Source: Nitrospinaceae bacterium | Lineage (GTDB): Bacteria > Nitrospinota > Nitrospinia > Nitrospinales > Nitrospinaceae | NCBI GenBank assembly: GCA_965237905.1 | Contig: OZ250172.1 | Coordinates: forward strand, 3,022,608-3,086,607 | Reading direction: 5' to 3' | Length of the DNA stretch: 64,000 bases | Shown: piece after piece, positions 1 to 10,140 of the stretch | How the letters are laid out: every line of letters starts with the position of its first letter | Numbering within the stretch: the first letter of the stretch is position 1 | The notes under the pieces: generated by a model | What the model saw: the letters and a program-made list of their open reading frames with translations, nothing else | What the model was told of the DNA's origin: nothing | Databases searched by the model: none | Made by a program: the position numbers and the translations under genes

Positions 1-401
1 TGGGGAGTGATCTTTCCTATGAAGATATGATGGAGGATGAAAAAATCAGCGAAGCCTATGTCGGAACCATTGACGGTATGGAAGAGATGGAGGGTGTGAA
101 AACATTGATGATGACGCTCAAGGCCAAACGAAAAACCAAAACTTACCAGACCCTTAAGGTCTGGATCGATCCGGTTAAGAATATCGTGCTCAAGGAAGAG
201 GCGTATGCCAAAAGCGGGAAACTGCTCAAGCTCATTTACTTCAAGGAATACCGGAGTATCGGCAAACGCCTGTTTCCCCGGAAGATGATCTTTCGCGATA
301 TGCTCAAAGAAAACACCCAAACCACCTACATGTTCGATAAAATTCAGTTCGACATCGACATCCCCGCCAAATACTTTTCCCAGCGCGTTCTGAAGCGCTG
401 A
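1..401 (+). CDS. Outer membrane lipoprotein-sorting (LolA-like) protein, 5'-truncated by window edge
   Basis: Frame open from position 3: GSDLSYEDM...VWID...LKEEAYAKSGKLLK...DIPAKYFS, typical of this family. Confidence 0.8.
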   Translation, partial: GSDLSYEDMMEDEKISEAYVGTIDGMEEMEGVKTLMMTLKAKRKTKTYQTLKVWIDPVKNIVLKEEAYAKSGKLLKLIYFKEYRSIGKRLFPRKMIFRDMLKENTQTTYMFDKIQFDIDIPAKYFSQRVLKR

Positions 402-499
402 AGCCCCGGTTTTTAATGTGATAAATTTCTTCCAGGTATTTTTTTTGCCTTTATACTGAATGAAGGAATCAATCACTCATTTCAGTGGTAAGGAGGCGC

Positions 500-913
500 A
501 TGATGTTGAGAGCGTTTCAGTCAGTCAATAATGAGCAAGGTAAAACCGCGGTCATTTTTTTTGTGAGTATGGCCGTTCTCGCGTTTTTACTCCATCCCAA
601 GACCAGTCCGTTTGCGGAGCATTATTACAATTTCAAAGCAGAGACCCAGTTAAAACAATTGTACGACAGCTGCAAACTGGTGTGGGCCGCTGGAGGAGAG
701 GGCAACACATCGGCGGCGAATAAAGGCAAAAAAGGCTCTGCGACGGAATGCGATCTGGCAACGGCGGCTCTATCTCCTTATGATTTTCTGCATGACAAAA
801 ATGTTGTGATTGAAATCAAGGACGGTACCGAAGGCGGATTCTCCGCCACCGCAAAACATAAAGAGGGAACCCAGGCGGTGGAAATCAACGCGGAGGGCAA
901 ACAAGTCTCCTGA
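500..913 (+). CDS. Type IV pilin-like protein with atypical N-terminus
   Basis: AGGAGG at 491-496 before ATG 500/503; NEQG|KTAVIFFV hydrophobic helix; two Cys; C-terminal FSATAKH...INAEG; paralogue of next gene. Confidence 0.6.
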   Translation: MMLRAFQSVNNEQGKTAVIFFVSMAVLAFLLHPKTSPFAEHYYNFKAETQLKQLYDSCKLVWAAGGEGNTSAANKGKKGSATECDLATAALSPYDFLHDKNVVIEIKDGTEGGFSATAKHKEGTQAVEINAEGKQVS

Positions 914-945
914 TGAACTCAATTAATTTACGTTAAGGGGTATTT

Positions 946-1356
946 ATGAAGATACGGATGAAATCTTTAGAAAATGAAAGCGGAAAAACCGCAGTGGTGA
1001 TTATTATTATCGTGGTTGTGATCGCTTACCTGGCTTATCCGGGAACCAGCCCGTTTAAGGCGGATTATTACAATCTCAAGGCCGAAGGAAATTTGAAGGA
1101 CTTGCACAGGGCGTGCAACCGTTATTGGGCCGATGGGTACGCGCAAAGACTGGTTTCCAAGGCGACCGGTATACAAAGAGTAGCCGGACCCTGCGAACTC
1201 GATGTGATTCGAAAAGATCCCTATAATTTTAAGATGTTAGAGGGGATGAAAATTGAGATTGTCGATGGCACTAAAACCGGTTTTCAAGCCACCGGCGAAC
1301 ACGCCGAAGGGGACAAGGAACTCAAGGTCAATGCCGAGGGCAAGATTAAATCCTGA
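946..1356 (+). CDS. Type IV pilin-like protein, tandem paralogue
   Basis: NESG|KTAVVIIII helix; shares TSPF-x2-YYN-x-KAE, C-x3-WA and DGT-x2-F-x-AT-x2-H-x-EG with 500..913. Confidence 0.6.
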   Translation: MKIRMKSLENESGKTAVVIIIIVVVIAYLAYPGTSPFKADYYNLKAEGNLKDLHRACNRYWADGYAQRLVSKATGIQRVAGPCELDVIRKDPYNFKMLEGMKIEIVDGTKTGFQATGEHAEGDKELKVNAEGKIKS

Positions 1357-1402
1357 AAACGGTATCATCCAATTTAAGTAATAACTTTTACCATAGACAT
1401 CG

Positions 1403-2377
1403 TTATTTCTGGTTTTCGTACCCGACCTTGGCGAGGTATTTCAGAATGTGTTCCAGGTCGGCTTCGGTATTGCCGGAGGGGGTTTGCATCTCGATAGTTT
1501 TCAAACTCACCTCGTCTCCCCGCCGAATCAGATGATACGCCAGCGAAGCTGTTTCTGTCACCCGGTTTTCGAGTGTTTCCGGTCCGACCATGACATTGGT
1601 TTGGGGATCGATGATGTTGAGGAACAGCGTGTAGTTGTGAAGCCCGCCTTTGGAGAATTCCTTAACCCGCAAGGTTCCCGTTTTGGCGCTGGATTTCCAG
1701 TGAACCGCCGCCATGGGGTCGCCGGGCTGATATTCCCGGATCGAATACAAATCGTCCCCGGCAAGGCCTATGGTGCCTTCTCCCTCTTCGGAATATTCTG
1801 TTGGAGAGGGCAGGGCCACGTTTTTGATAACCGGAAAGATCAGGGTTCCCACGTCTATTTGCAGTGTTTTGGTTTTAACGAAAAAACCAAAAGGAAAACT
1901 GGTTTTCAACTGAACGGTTTTCAAAAGCACCGGCCCCCGCTTGAGACCCACAAACATCAGGCTCTTGTCCTCGGAAGACAGGGGAGGGACCTGATACGCA
2001 TAAGCTGTTTGCTCGATGCGGTAACGTCCCATCGGGTCCAGTGGGAATTCCACATACAGGGAATAGGAGGGAATGGTTTTTTTGGAATTGGAAATCTTCA
2101 GGTACAACGGATAAGAATCATCCGGGTACACCGTTTTGGGCAGAGATACCTGAACGGATATCCCTTTCAGGGTCTGCTCGGACAATATTCCCGACACGAC
2201 AATAAAACTGCAGCACATGGCGAGAACCAGATACAGCAAGTTGTTGCCGGTGTTGATGGCGCCAATGCCCACCGCGAACAACAGAAATATAAATCCACCC
2301 CCCTCGCGAGTGACCTGCAAAGTGCGATTGAAATAGGAGAGGGTGAAGATAGGTTTGTAATTGAGTTTCTTTTTCAA
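1403..2377 (-). CDS. DUF58 domain membrane protein
   Basis: AINTGNNLLYL and IREYQPGDP...HWKSSAK motifs; directly downstream of MoxR. Confidence 0.9.
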   Translation of the reverse strand: MKKKLNYKPIFTLSYFNRTLQVTREGGGFIFLLFAVGIGAINTGNNLLYLVLAMCCSFIVVSGILSEQTLKGISVQVSLPKTVYPDDSYPLYLKISNSKKTIPSYSLYVEFPLDPMGRYRIEQTAYAYQVPPLSSEDKSLMFVGLKRGPVLLKTVQLKTSFPFGFFVKTKTLQIDVGTLIFPVIKNVALPSPTEYSEEGEGTIGLAGDDLYSIREYQPGDPMAAVHWKSSAKTGTLRVKEFSKGGLHNYTLFLNIIDPQTNVMVGPETLENRVTETASLAYHLIRRGDEVSLKTIEMQTPSGNTEADLEHILKYLAKVGYENQK

Positions 2378-2412
2378 GGCGCCCCGGCCGGGTGAAGGTT
2401 GAAAAATTAAAA

Positions 2413-3357
2413 CTAAACGGGGATTTCCATGCGCTCGACAATGTCATTGATAATGGCGGAGGTGTCGGATACGGCTCGCTTGTGAGTGCCGTGGCGCGAT
2501 TCCGGGATGACGCGGTGACACAACACGGGCACGGCCAGTTGTTTGATGTCATCTGGGATACAGTAATCGCGGCCGTAGACCAGTGCGCGCGCCCGCGCCG
2601 CCTGTTGCAAAATGATGCCTCCCCGCGGGCTGACGCCCAACGCCAGATGCGATGATTCCCGGGTAGCGGTAACCATGTTCAAAATATAATCGGTTAGGAC
2701 GGGTTCGATGGTGACGGCCTCGGCTTTGCGCTGGAGTTCCAGAATATCGTTTTTGTCCAGTACTGCCTTAATGTCTCGAATGTTTTGAATGGGAGAAGCC
2801 TGAGTCAGTAATTTACGCTCATCGTCGGGTTGGGGATAACCCATGGAGATGTACATCATGAAACGGTCGAGTTGCGATTCCGGTAGCGGATGCGCCCCGT
2901 GACTTTCAATCGGGTTCTGTGTGGCGATCACCATAAAGGGATCTTCCAGTTGATAGGTCTGGTTATCCACCGTCACCTGCTTTTCATTCATGGCTTCCAG
3001 CAGGGCGCTCTGGGTGCGTGGCGAGGAACGGTTGATTTCGTCTGCCAGTACCAGATGAGCGAAGATAGGTCCCTTGTTGAAATGGAAGGTGCCTTCTTTC
3101 TGATTGTAAATCGATACCCCGACAATATCCGAAGGCAGGATGTCGTTGGTGAACTGGATGCGCCGGAAATCGAGATTGACGGAATGCGCCAGGCAATAAG
3201 CCAATGAACTTTTACCGACACCCGGAACATCCTCAATAAGCAGATGGCCTTTCGCAATCAAAGCAATAATGGCCTGCTCGATGACCTCCGGTTTGCCGAC
3301 GATGGCGGAGCCAATATTGTTTTTAAGCCGCTGGATGGCGTCTTGAGCTTGAGTCAT
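2413..3357 (-). CDS. moxR: MoxR family AAA+ ATPase
   Basis: GHLLIEDVPGVGKS, LADEINR, ATQNPIE, LPESQLDRF, GVSPRG. Confidence 0.95.
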   Translation of the reverse strand: MTQAQDAIQRLKNNIGSAIVGKPEVIEQAIIALIAKGHLLIEDVPGVGKSSLAYCLAHSVNLDFRRIQFTNDILPSDIVGVSIYNQKEGTFHFNKGPIFAHLVLADEINRSSPRTQSALLEAMNEKQVTVDNQTYQLEDPFMVIATQNPIESHGAHPLPESQLDRFMMYISMGYPQPDDERKLLTQASPIQNIRDIKAVLDKNDILELQRKAEAVTIEPVLTDYILNMVTATRESSHLALGVSPRGGIILQQAARARALVYGRDYCIPDDIKQLAVPVLCHRVIPESRHGTHKRAVSDTSAIINDIVERMEIPV

Positions 3358-4133
3358 GCTTTCAGGACCGCCAGGACTTTTTGCATATCATCGTACACCG
3401 CTTGCCGGTTTTCCTTGGTGTAGGCGCGGAGAAGGTAGGCCGGGTGATAAGTAAGCATCAGCTTCATTCCCTCGAACTCATGCCAGGTGCCGCGCTCCTT
3501 GGTGATGGGAACGGTCCGGCCCAGCAGGGTGCTGGCGGCGGGCTTGCCCAGGGCGACAATCACTTTGGGACGAATGGCTTTCAGTTGTTTGATGAGAAAC
3601 GGTTTGCAGGCCTCCACTTCATCTTTTTCGGGGTCGCGGTTGCCCGGAGGGCGGCACTTAACGATATTGCAAATATAAGCATCCTTTTCCCGGTCGAGCA
3701 ACATTCCCTTTTCGATGATTTCCGTCAGTTTCTTGCCGGCACGACCGACAAAGGGAAGTCCCTGTGCATCCTCGTCGGCTCCGGGGCCTTCACCGACAAA
3801 TACCAGGTCGGCATTGGGATTGCCCGATCCGAATACGATGGTCTGCCGGGTCTCACATAATTTGCAACGCTGGCAGTCGCCCAATTCTTCGCGAACGGCG
3901 GCCAGCCGGGAGGAAGATTCGCCGTTACCCTGCGGTTCTGCGAGAGGTGATTTTGGGGTCATTTCGGATTCCAAAGGTTGGCTGTTGGGAAAAGTCCCGG
4001 AGGGGATGGCCATTACCGGCAATTCACTCAACTCGCTGTTCAGGGGAATATGGGTGTGTCCCGATTCCCGAAGAAACATCAGGTAGTTTTTCAACTGCTG
4101 CAGTAGAAGTGCGCGTTCTGTATCAGGTACCAT
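3354..4133 (-). CDS. Uracil-DNA glycosylase family 4 (Fe-S)
   Basis: [39 protein letters not shown]. Confidence 0.95.
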   Translation of the reverse strand: MVPDTERALLLQQLKNYLMFLRESGHTHIPLNSELSELPVMAIPSGTFPNSQPLESEMTPKSPLAEPQGNGESSSRLAAVREELGDCQRCKLCETRQTIVFGSGNPNADLVFVGEGPGADEDAQGLPFVGRAGKKLTEIIEKGMLLDREKDAYICNIVKCRPPGNRDPEKDEVEACKPFLIKQLKAIRPKVIVALGKPAASTLLGRTVPITKERGTWHEFEGMKLMLTYHPAYLLRAYTKENRQAVYDDMQKVLAVLKA

Positions 4134-4395
4134 GCCACCTAGAATAACAGATGATGTTGTTCCGTCAATCCCTTATAACTATTTGAAAATAAAGGATAAA
4201 ATGTCAAACTATCCCGTATTCGGAGCATGGCTCCACAGTTGCTCTTAAAAGGGTTCAACGGACCCCAAGTATACCAATCCCGCGTGGAAACGGAAATGGG
4301 GAATTCCGTGGCGGTAAACGGGGAAGCCGTCATATTTTGATTTGTTTGGGTTTAGCGGTTCGTTTATAATCACTTCAAACAAATGGAGAAATAAG

Positions 4396-4710
4396 ATGTC
4401 CGGTTTGAAAAGCGCTTGGGAAATCAGTATGGAAAAATCCGACAAACTGGTTCCTGAGGTGAAAAAACAAAAAAAACTGACCACCAAGCAGAAAGAACAC
4501 ATCGCCGAGATTCGCAAGGAATTCAAAGCCAAAATCGCGGATAAGGACGTCACCCTTCAGCACACGCTGAACCGCCTTGCCGAACGGACCCGGCCCGAGG
4601 ATTTAGAAATAGAATCGGAAAAACTGAAGCAGGAATTTTCGGAAGAAAAAGAGCAGTTGGAAAAAGAGATGGAAACTCAAGTCGAGGCCATCCGCAAACC
4701 ATCCCAATAA
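4396..4710 (+). CDS. Hypothetical charged coiled-coil protein
   Basis: GGAG upstream of ATG 4396; MSGLKSAWEISMEK start; K/E-rich helical composition. Confidence 0.7.
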   Translation: MSGLKSAWEISMEKSDKLVPEVKKQKKLTTKQKEHIAEIRKEFKAKIADKDVTLQHTLNRLAERTRPEDLEIESEKLKQEFSEEKEQLEKEMETQVEAIRKPSQ

Positions 4711-4804
4711 TCCTTTCTTTTCATTTCTCTATTCTCAGCCCCCCACTTGGTTTAAATTTTTTTATAAATACAGATATTGATCTTTTGGATAATTGATTAG
4801 ACCC

Positions 4805-6469
4805 ATGAAGGAAACTGTTAAAAACCAAATCGCCAACGCGTTGACCCGGGCAAAAGAAAGCGGCGACCTGAGTTTGCCGGAGATGCCTGAAATCATCATC
4901 GAAGAGCCCAAGGATGAAAAGCTGGGGGATTTTGCGACGACTTTGGCGATGCAGTTGGCGCGTTCGGAAAAGAAGAACCCGAAGGCGATCGCCGAGACGA
5001 TATGCCGTTTCCTGAAGGATGGGGCGGATTCCATCGAATCGGCCGAGGTGGCGGGGCCGGGTTTTATCAATATAAAGATGTCAGTAGACTTTTTCCAAAG
5101 CCGTTTGAAGGAGGCGATTCTTCAAGGCCGCGAGTTCGGCCAATCAGACGTCGGCCAAAAGAAAAAAGTTCTGCTGGAATTTGTCAGCGCCAATCCTACT
5201 GGTCCGCTCCATGTTGGGCATGGCCGTGGTGCCGCGGTTGGGCATGCGCTGTCCTGCCTCATGAAAAAGGCAGGCTTCGATGTTTCGACCGAGTATTACG
5301 TCAACGACGTCGGCAATCAGATGAACACGCTGGGCCGTTCGACCTGGCTGCGGTATCAGGAATTATTGAAGAAGAAAGTGGAATTTCCCGAAGACGGGTA
5401 TCAAGGGGAGTACATCAAGGAGATTGCTCAGGCAGTGATTGATAACGACGGTTCCAGTCATTTCGATAAACAGGATGAAGACGCGCTGACCTTTTTCCGA
5501 AAATTTTCCAAGGACTCCATTCTTGAAGGCATACGCAACGATCTCAAAGAATTCCGGGTGGAATTTGACCGCTGGTTCAACGAATCGAGTTTGGATGACG
5601 ACGATTCGGTCAACAAGGCGATCGATTGGCTGCGGGAAAAGGGCTTCGTCTATGAAAAAGACGGCGCCACCTGGGTCAAGACCTCCCAGTTCAAAGACGA
5701 CGCCGACCGGGTGATTATCAAGCAGGGCGGCGAGAGAACTTATTTTTGCTCGGACATCGCGTATCACAAGAACAAGGTCGACCGGGGATATGATCTCATT
5801 CTGGATTTGTGGGGGGCGGATCATCACGGTTATGTGCCGCGCATGCAGTCGGTGCTCCAGGCCATGAATTACGACCAGGAAGTTTTCAAGGTTCTGCTGG
5901 TACAGTTTGTGTCCTTGAAACGCGGAGGCCAGAAGGTTTCGATGTCTACCCGGTCAGGTGAGTTTGAAACGCTGGCCAACGTGGTGGCGGAAGTGGGGGT
6001 CGATGCCACCCGGTTCTTTTTCCTGATGCGCAGTTCGGACAGTCATCTCGATTTCGATCTGGATTTGGCCAAGAAGGAGTCGCCGGAAAACCCCGTGTAC
6101 TATATCCAGTACGCCCATGCCCGGATATGCAGTGTGTTCCGTACCGCCGGGGAGCAGGAGGTTCCCACGCCGGATTTGGCCTTCACTGACCTTTCCTTGC
6201 TGAAAGAAGAGGAAGAGTTTGCGCTGATCAAGAAGATTCTGGCCTACCCGGCCTGCATTGAAAAAAGCGCCCTGTCGCTGGAGATACACCGTATCGCCTT
6301 TTATCTGCAGGAACTGGTCTCCATTTTTCACAGCTATTACAAACAGCACCGCGTCGTGACCGAGAATCGGGAGCTGACAATGGCCCGTCTGTTGCTTTTG
6401 GATTGCCTGAGAAATGTGATCGCCAGCGGCCTGGGTATCCTTGGTGTCTCCTCTCCTGAGAAAATGTAA
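4805..6469 (+). CDS. argS: Arginine--tRNA ligase
   Basis: EFVSANPTGPLHVGHGR (HIGH), GADHHGY, MSTRSG, YYIQYAHARICS. Confidence 0.98.
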   Translation: MKETVKNQIANALTRAKESGDLSLPEMPEIIIEEPKDEKLGDFATTLAMQLARSEKKNPKAIAETICRFLKDGADSIESAEVAGPGFINIKMSVDFFQSRLKEAILQGREFGQSDVGQKKKVLLEFVSANPTGPLHVGHGRGAAVGHALSCLMKKAGFDVSTEYYVNDVGNQMNTLGRSTWLRYQELLKKKVEFPEDGYQGEYIKEIAQAVIDNDGSSHFDKQDEDALTFFRKFSKDSILEGIRNDLKEFRVEFDRWFNESSLDDDDSVNKAIDWLREKGFVYEKDGATWVKTSQFKDDADRVIIKQGGERTYFCSDIAYHKNKVDRGYDLILDLWGADHHGYVPRMQSVLQAMNYDQEVFKVLLVQFVSLKRGGQKVSMSTRSGEFETLANVVAEVGVDATRFFFLMRSSDSHLDFDLDLAKKESPENPVYYIQYAHARICSVFRTAGEQEVPTPDLAFTDLSLLKEEEEFALIKKILAYPACIEKSALSLEIHRIAFYLQELVSIFHSYYKQHRVVTENRELTMARLLLLDCLRNVIASGLGILGVSSPEKM

Positions 6470-6505
6470 GGCATATCCGCCCTTTACCGGATTTTCCCGG
6501 CCCTC

Positions 6506-6534
6506 TTGACCCCTCAAAAAAAATCTTATAAACT
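6506..6534 (+). promoter_or_regulatory. Candidate sigma70 promoter for the SPOR gene
   Basis: TTGACC-N17-TAAACT in the argS/SPOR intergenic region. Confidence 0.4.
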
Positions 6535-6619
6535 ATTGAAAAATTGTGTATAATTTCATTATCAATTTTTCTCTCTGTTGTTTCGAGAGGTCACATTTGA
6601 TTTCAAGTCGGGTGAAGCC

Positions 6620-7423
6620 ATGGGATTTCTGAAAAAAGTATTTTTATTGAGTCTGTTAAGTTTAGCAGGGTGGGGCCTCTATTCTGCCGGTCAGAACAAC
6701 CTGTTCTCGTTTCTGAGCAGTGAGTCCGGGGAGCAGGTCCAGGTGGCCAAGAAGGACCGCGCGGTTAAACCCAAATCTTTTTTCAAAAAAGTGAAAGACG
6801 TGATGCCCGCTCCGGTTAAGAAATACGACTACACTTTTTTTGAAACCCTGGAAGACGTGGATCTGGAACGGTATGTCGATCTGGATGGCAAGGTCAAAGT
6901 CATGAAGAAAACCGTTCACTCCTGGGTGGATGAAGTGGGGAAAGTCATCCATGAGCCACGCATACTCCTGGCTTCATACAAGGAGCCGGATGAGGGGACA
7001 GAGGAACCCTCTTCTTCCTACGAGGATATCATCAATAAACTGGACGACCTGATGAAGGAGAAACCGAAGAAAAAAACGGCGTCTCCAACAGCTCCATCGA
7101 GTTCGGTCAAACGTGTGACTCCCCCCATCGCCCCGGCCGGTTCAGCCAAGCGGGCGGTCGCCCCGTCCAGGGTTTCAAGCAAACCCTACCTGGTTCAAGT
7201 CAGTTCTTTCCGCAAATTAAGCCATGCCCGCGCTTTAGAATCCAAACTTCAACAGCAAGGGTATTCCGCTTTTGTAATGAGCGTGGAAGTCTCTAAAACC
7301 AAAGGGGTCTGGTACCGGGTATTTCTCGGAAAATATCAGACCGAAGCGAACGCCCGCGCCGTCGCTCAAAAGGCGCAACAACTCCACAACCTGAAGGCCA
7401 TCGTTCTGAAATCTTCCAAGTAA
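6620..7423 (+). CDS. SPOR-domain cell division protein (FtsN/DedD-like)
   Basis: N-terminal TM, Pro/Ser/Lys linker, C-terminal YLVQVSSF...WYRVFLGKY; classic position after argS. Confidence 0.85.
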   Translation: MGFLKKVFLLSLLSLAGWGLYSAGQNNLFSFLSSESGEQVQVAKKDRAVKPKSFFKKVKDVMPAPVKKYDYTFFETLEDVDLERYVDLDGKVKVMKKTVHSWVDEVGKVIHEPRILLASYKEPDEGTEEPSSSYEDIINKLDDLMKEKPKKKTASPTAPSSSVKRVTPPIAPAGSAKRAVAPSRVSSKPYLVQVSSFRKLSHARALESKLQQQGYSAFVMSVEVSKTKGVWYRVFLGKYQTEANARAVAQKAQQLHNLKAIVLKSSK

Positions 7424-7467
7424 CCTGTTTAAATTATAAAGAGAGTTATTCGATCGTAAGGGAAGGG

Positions 7468-8862
7468 TCAGAAGGGCTTCAAATCCCCGATGTAGCGTTC
7501 TGAATTATCGAAGTGTTGTAGAACTTCCACCGGATCGTCGATCCGGGGCCCGCCGTAAAAATTTTCGTTGCTGTCATACCAGGTGTTGAACCGGTACCCC
7601 TCGGTGTCGTCGTGGTAGAGTTTCCGCCGCGCGTCCTCCCCCTTGAAGGTAAAATCCAACTGCGCAGTTTTTCCGGCTTCAATGGTGACGGTCCCTGTTT
7701 GTATGGGTACGAAAGGGTGCCAGGCAGTCACTTCGTAGGTGCCGGGCGGGATGTTTTCGATATTGAAGTTTCCTTCGGCGTCGCTGATCACAAAGTAGGG
7801 GTTGTCGACGATATAGCCCCGGGTCTGGAGGAAAGGATGCAGGTTGCATTTCAGAATGAACTCTGGCGCGCCGGGTTTGATGAAAGCGGAACGGACCTGC
7901 GAATTGACCGGTAATACGCTTTTGTTGCTGGTCTGGTTCCGGTGCGCTCCGTAGATTTCATAGGTGGCGATTTCGTGTTTGATGGGATCCGTATTTTCAA
8001 TCAGGATATCCTCCCCGTTCTTGATGCCGATCACGTATTTGTTCACGTGACACAGTTTGAGATGCAGGGTTTGCATTTTGCGCGGGAAGGGTTTTCCTTT
8101 TTCGATCCCCTGGATGGCAATGATTGCGTCCTGGAGTCCGCCTTTCTTAGAGACGGTAAAATCGTACAAAATCCGGTGGCCCTTGCCGTCCGACATGCGC
8201 GAGCAGAATTCGATATTGGGTGCGTGGATTAAATGGAACGCTCGCGCCTTGGGCACCAGGCCAGCCAGATTGACGCGACCCGCCAGTGTTCCTCCCTGAT
8301 CGACCGATGTGATTTTGTAATCGAGCGGAATCTGGTCATGGAGTTGCTTTGCCAGCTTGTAATTTCTCTTGTACAGTTTATCGACCTGTTTCCGCGCCTT
8401 TTCGTCCCGGCCCAACTGATGGTAAATCAGTCCCAGATCGTAATCCGCATGGACCATGCGTGAATCTTTTTGGAGAGCCATTTCGATTTCCTGAGCGGCG
8501 TCTTCCAGAAAGTTGAGTTTGGCGAGAGACAGGCCGCGGAAATACCGGAAGTTGGCATTGTCATAACCCATCTCCAGCGCTTTCTGGAAGGCGAGGAGGG
8601 CCTCCTTGTGGCGGTTGACCCGGCTGAGGGCCACTCCCAGATTGGCCTGCGCTATGGAATTGTCGGGTTTTTCCTGCAAGGCCTTTTCGAATTCGAGAAT
8701 GGCTCCATTCCAATCTCCCTTTTGGCTTAAAACTTTGGCCTTGTGGAGAGCCTCTTCGGATGTCCCGGCCAAGGAGAGTGCAGTGGCGCTTATCGCAAAC
8801 CATACAGCCCAAAAAACAAGGGCCAAGGTACCGCATTGGGTTTTCCTATAAGAAATGCGCAT
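7468..8862 (-). CDS. Secreted TPR plus carboxypeptidase-regulatory-like/cupredoxin-like protein
   Basis: Signal peptide, about 4 TPRs, GTLAGRV, NTDPIKH, CNLHPFL, SDAEGNFNIENIPPGTYEVTAWHP. Confidence 0.75.
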   Translation of the reverse strand: MRISYRKTQCGTLALVFWAVWFAISATALSLAGTSEEALHKAKVLSQKGDWNGAILEFEKALQEKPDNSIAQANLGVALSRVNRHKEALLAFQKALEMGYDNANFRYFRGLSLAKLNFLEDAAQEIEMALQKDSRMVHADYDLGLIYHQLGRDEKARKQVDKLYKRNYKLAKQLHDQIPLDYKITSVDQGGTLAGRVNLAGLVPKARAFHLIHAPNIEFCSRMSDGKGHRILYDFTVSKKGGLQDAIIAIQGIEKGKPFPRKMQTLHLKLCHVNKYVIGIKNGEDILIENTDPIKHEIATYEIYGAHRNQTSNKSVLPVNSQVRSAFIKPGAPEFILKCNLHPFLQTRGYIVDNPYFVISDAEGNFNIENIPPGTYEVTAWHPFVPIQTGTVTIEAGKTAQLDFTFKGEDARRKLYHDDTEGYRFNTWYDSNENFYGGPRIDDPVEVLQHFDNSERYIGDLKPF

Positions 8863-9100
8863 ACAATTTAAATTCCCTGTTGAACGATGAGGTCAATCTA
8901 TCAAGTAGGACCAGACCCGTCAAGGACCTTTAAAATACTGACGAGCAACCCTTTTTATTACCCAATGACCCAAAAATTCGAGTAACCTATAATACATCGA
9001 ATCACTCTCTCTATAGATACGCTGGATGGACTATTTATTTCAATCCCTGGCGTTTTAAGCTTCATTCTTTAAACCCTAAGGCGGGGTTAGCCTCGACCGA

Positions 9101-10090
9101 ATGGGAGTTCTTATGGCTGGTTTCGACTATAATTTTGATCCCCATCCCTGGGCTCGCGGACCGATTGCGCAGACCATTACCGGTTCCCAGTTCACGGGCA
9201 ATCCCCAACTTCCACACAGGGTCCAGCATCGGATTCGGCTGGACGAAAAGAATTTGCTGTTGATGTATGAATTAAAAGCGGCAGAGGAATCCGCTCCCGT
9301 CGTGCTCATCGGTCATGGCATGGGCGGGTGCAGTGAATCCGGTTATATGCGTCGAATCGCCGCCAAGCTCTTCCAGGAAGGTTTTAGCGTTTTTATGATG
9401 AATCAACGGGGCAGTGGCCACGGCATCGGGTTGTGCGACCGGCTCTGGAACGGCGGCTCGAGTGAGGATTTGGCGCGGATGATTCAATTTATTGTGGATA
9501 TGTATTCCGACCGGAAACTTCTTTTGATAGGGTTTTCCCTGACCGGCAATATTCTTCTGAAATACCTGGGCGAGGGCAGGCAAATCCCCTCTAATGTCCA
9601 TTCCGCTCTGGCGGTGAACCCTCCCATCGATCTTAAAGTAGCCAGCGAGAAAATATCGGAAGGGCCTTGGTCCAACGCCTTCAACAAATATTACCTCTCC
9701 TTGATGAACCGGCAGGTGGAGGCCATGGTGGAATGCCATCCGGATGCTTTTCGGCCCGCTGTTGCGCCCAAAACGATCTGGGAGTTTGATGTGGAGTATA
9801 CCGCCCCCGCTTTCGATTATCCCCGAGTGGGAGCCTATTATGAGGAATGCAGTTCAAAACAATTTTTGGAGCACATTACTATCCCCACCACGATTCTCTG
9901 TTCTCAGGATGATCCCTTTGTACCCTCGGAAATCTTTCAGAGTGCGCGGATGAGCCAGCAGATAGATTTCATGAATCCGGAGTTCGGCGGTCATATGGGC
10001 TATATCTCCCGTTCCCGGAACGATTTGGGAGATCGTCGCTGGATGGATTTTATTTGTGTCCAATGGGCGAAAACCCTTTATCCTAAATAG
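9101..10090 (+). CDS. YheT-like alpha/beta hydrolase
   Basis: HGMGG, GFSLTG nucleophile elbow, DDPF, GGHMGY. Confidence 0.9.
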   Translation: MGVLMAGFDYNFDPHPWARGPIAQTITGSQFTGNPQLPHRVQHRIRLDEKNLLLMYELKAAEESAPVVLIGHGMGGCSESGYMRRIAAKLFQEGFSVFMMNQRGSGHGIGLCDRLWNGGSSEDLARMIQFIVDMYSDRKLLLIGFSLTGNILLKYLGEGRQIPSNVHSALAVNPPIDLKVASEKISEGPWSNAFNKYYLSLMNRQVEAMVECHPDAFRPAVAPKTIWEFDVEYTAPAFDYPRVGAYYEECSSKQFLEHITIPTTILCSQDDPFVPSEIFQSARMSQQIDFMNPEFGGHMGYISRSRNDLGDRRWMDFICVQWAKTLYPK

Positions 10091-10140
10091 ATAGTCTTAA
10101 AGCCCCAAATACCTGTCCACTATTCTTGAGAGTCAATTCT

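Noticed and set aside
4200..4340. GC-rich intergenic stretch with small hairpins (possible ncRNA) and a 37-codon ORF
   Set aside because: No recognisable 6S, SRP, tRNA or riboswitch consensus and no strong coding signal; needs an Rfam search.
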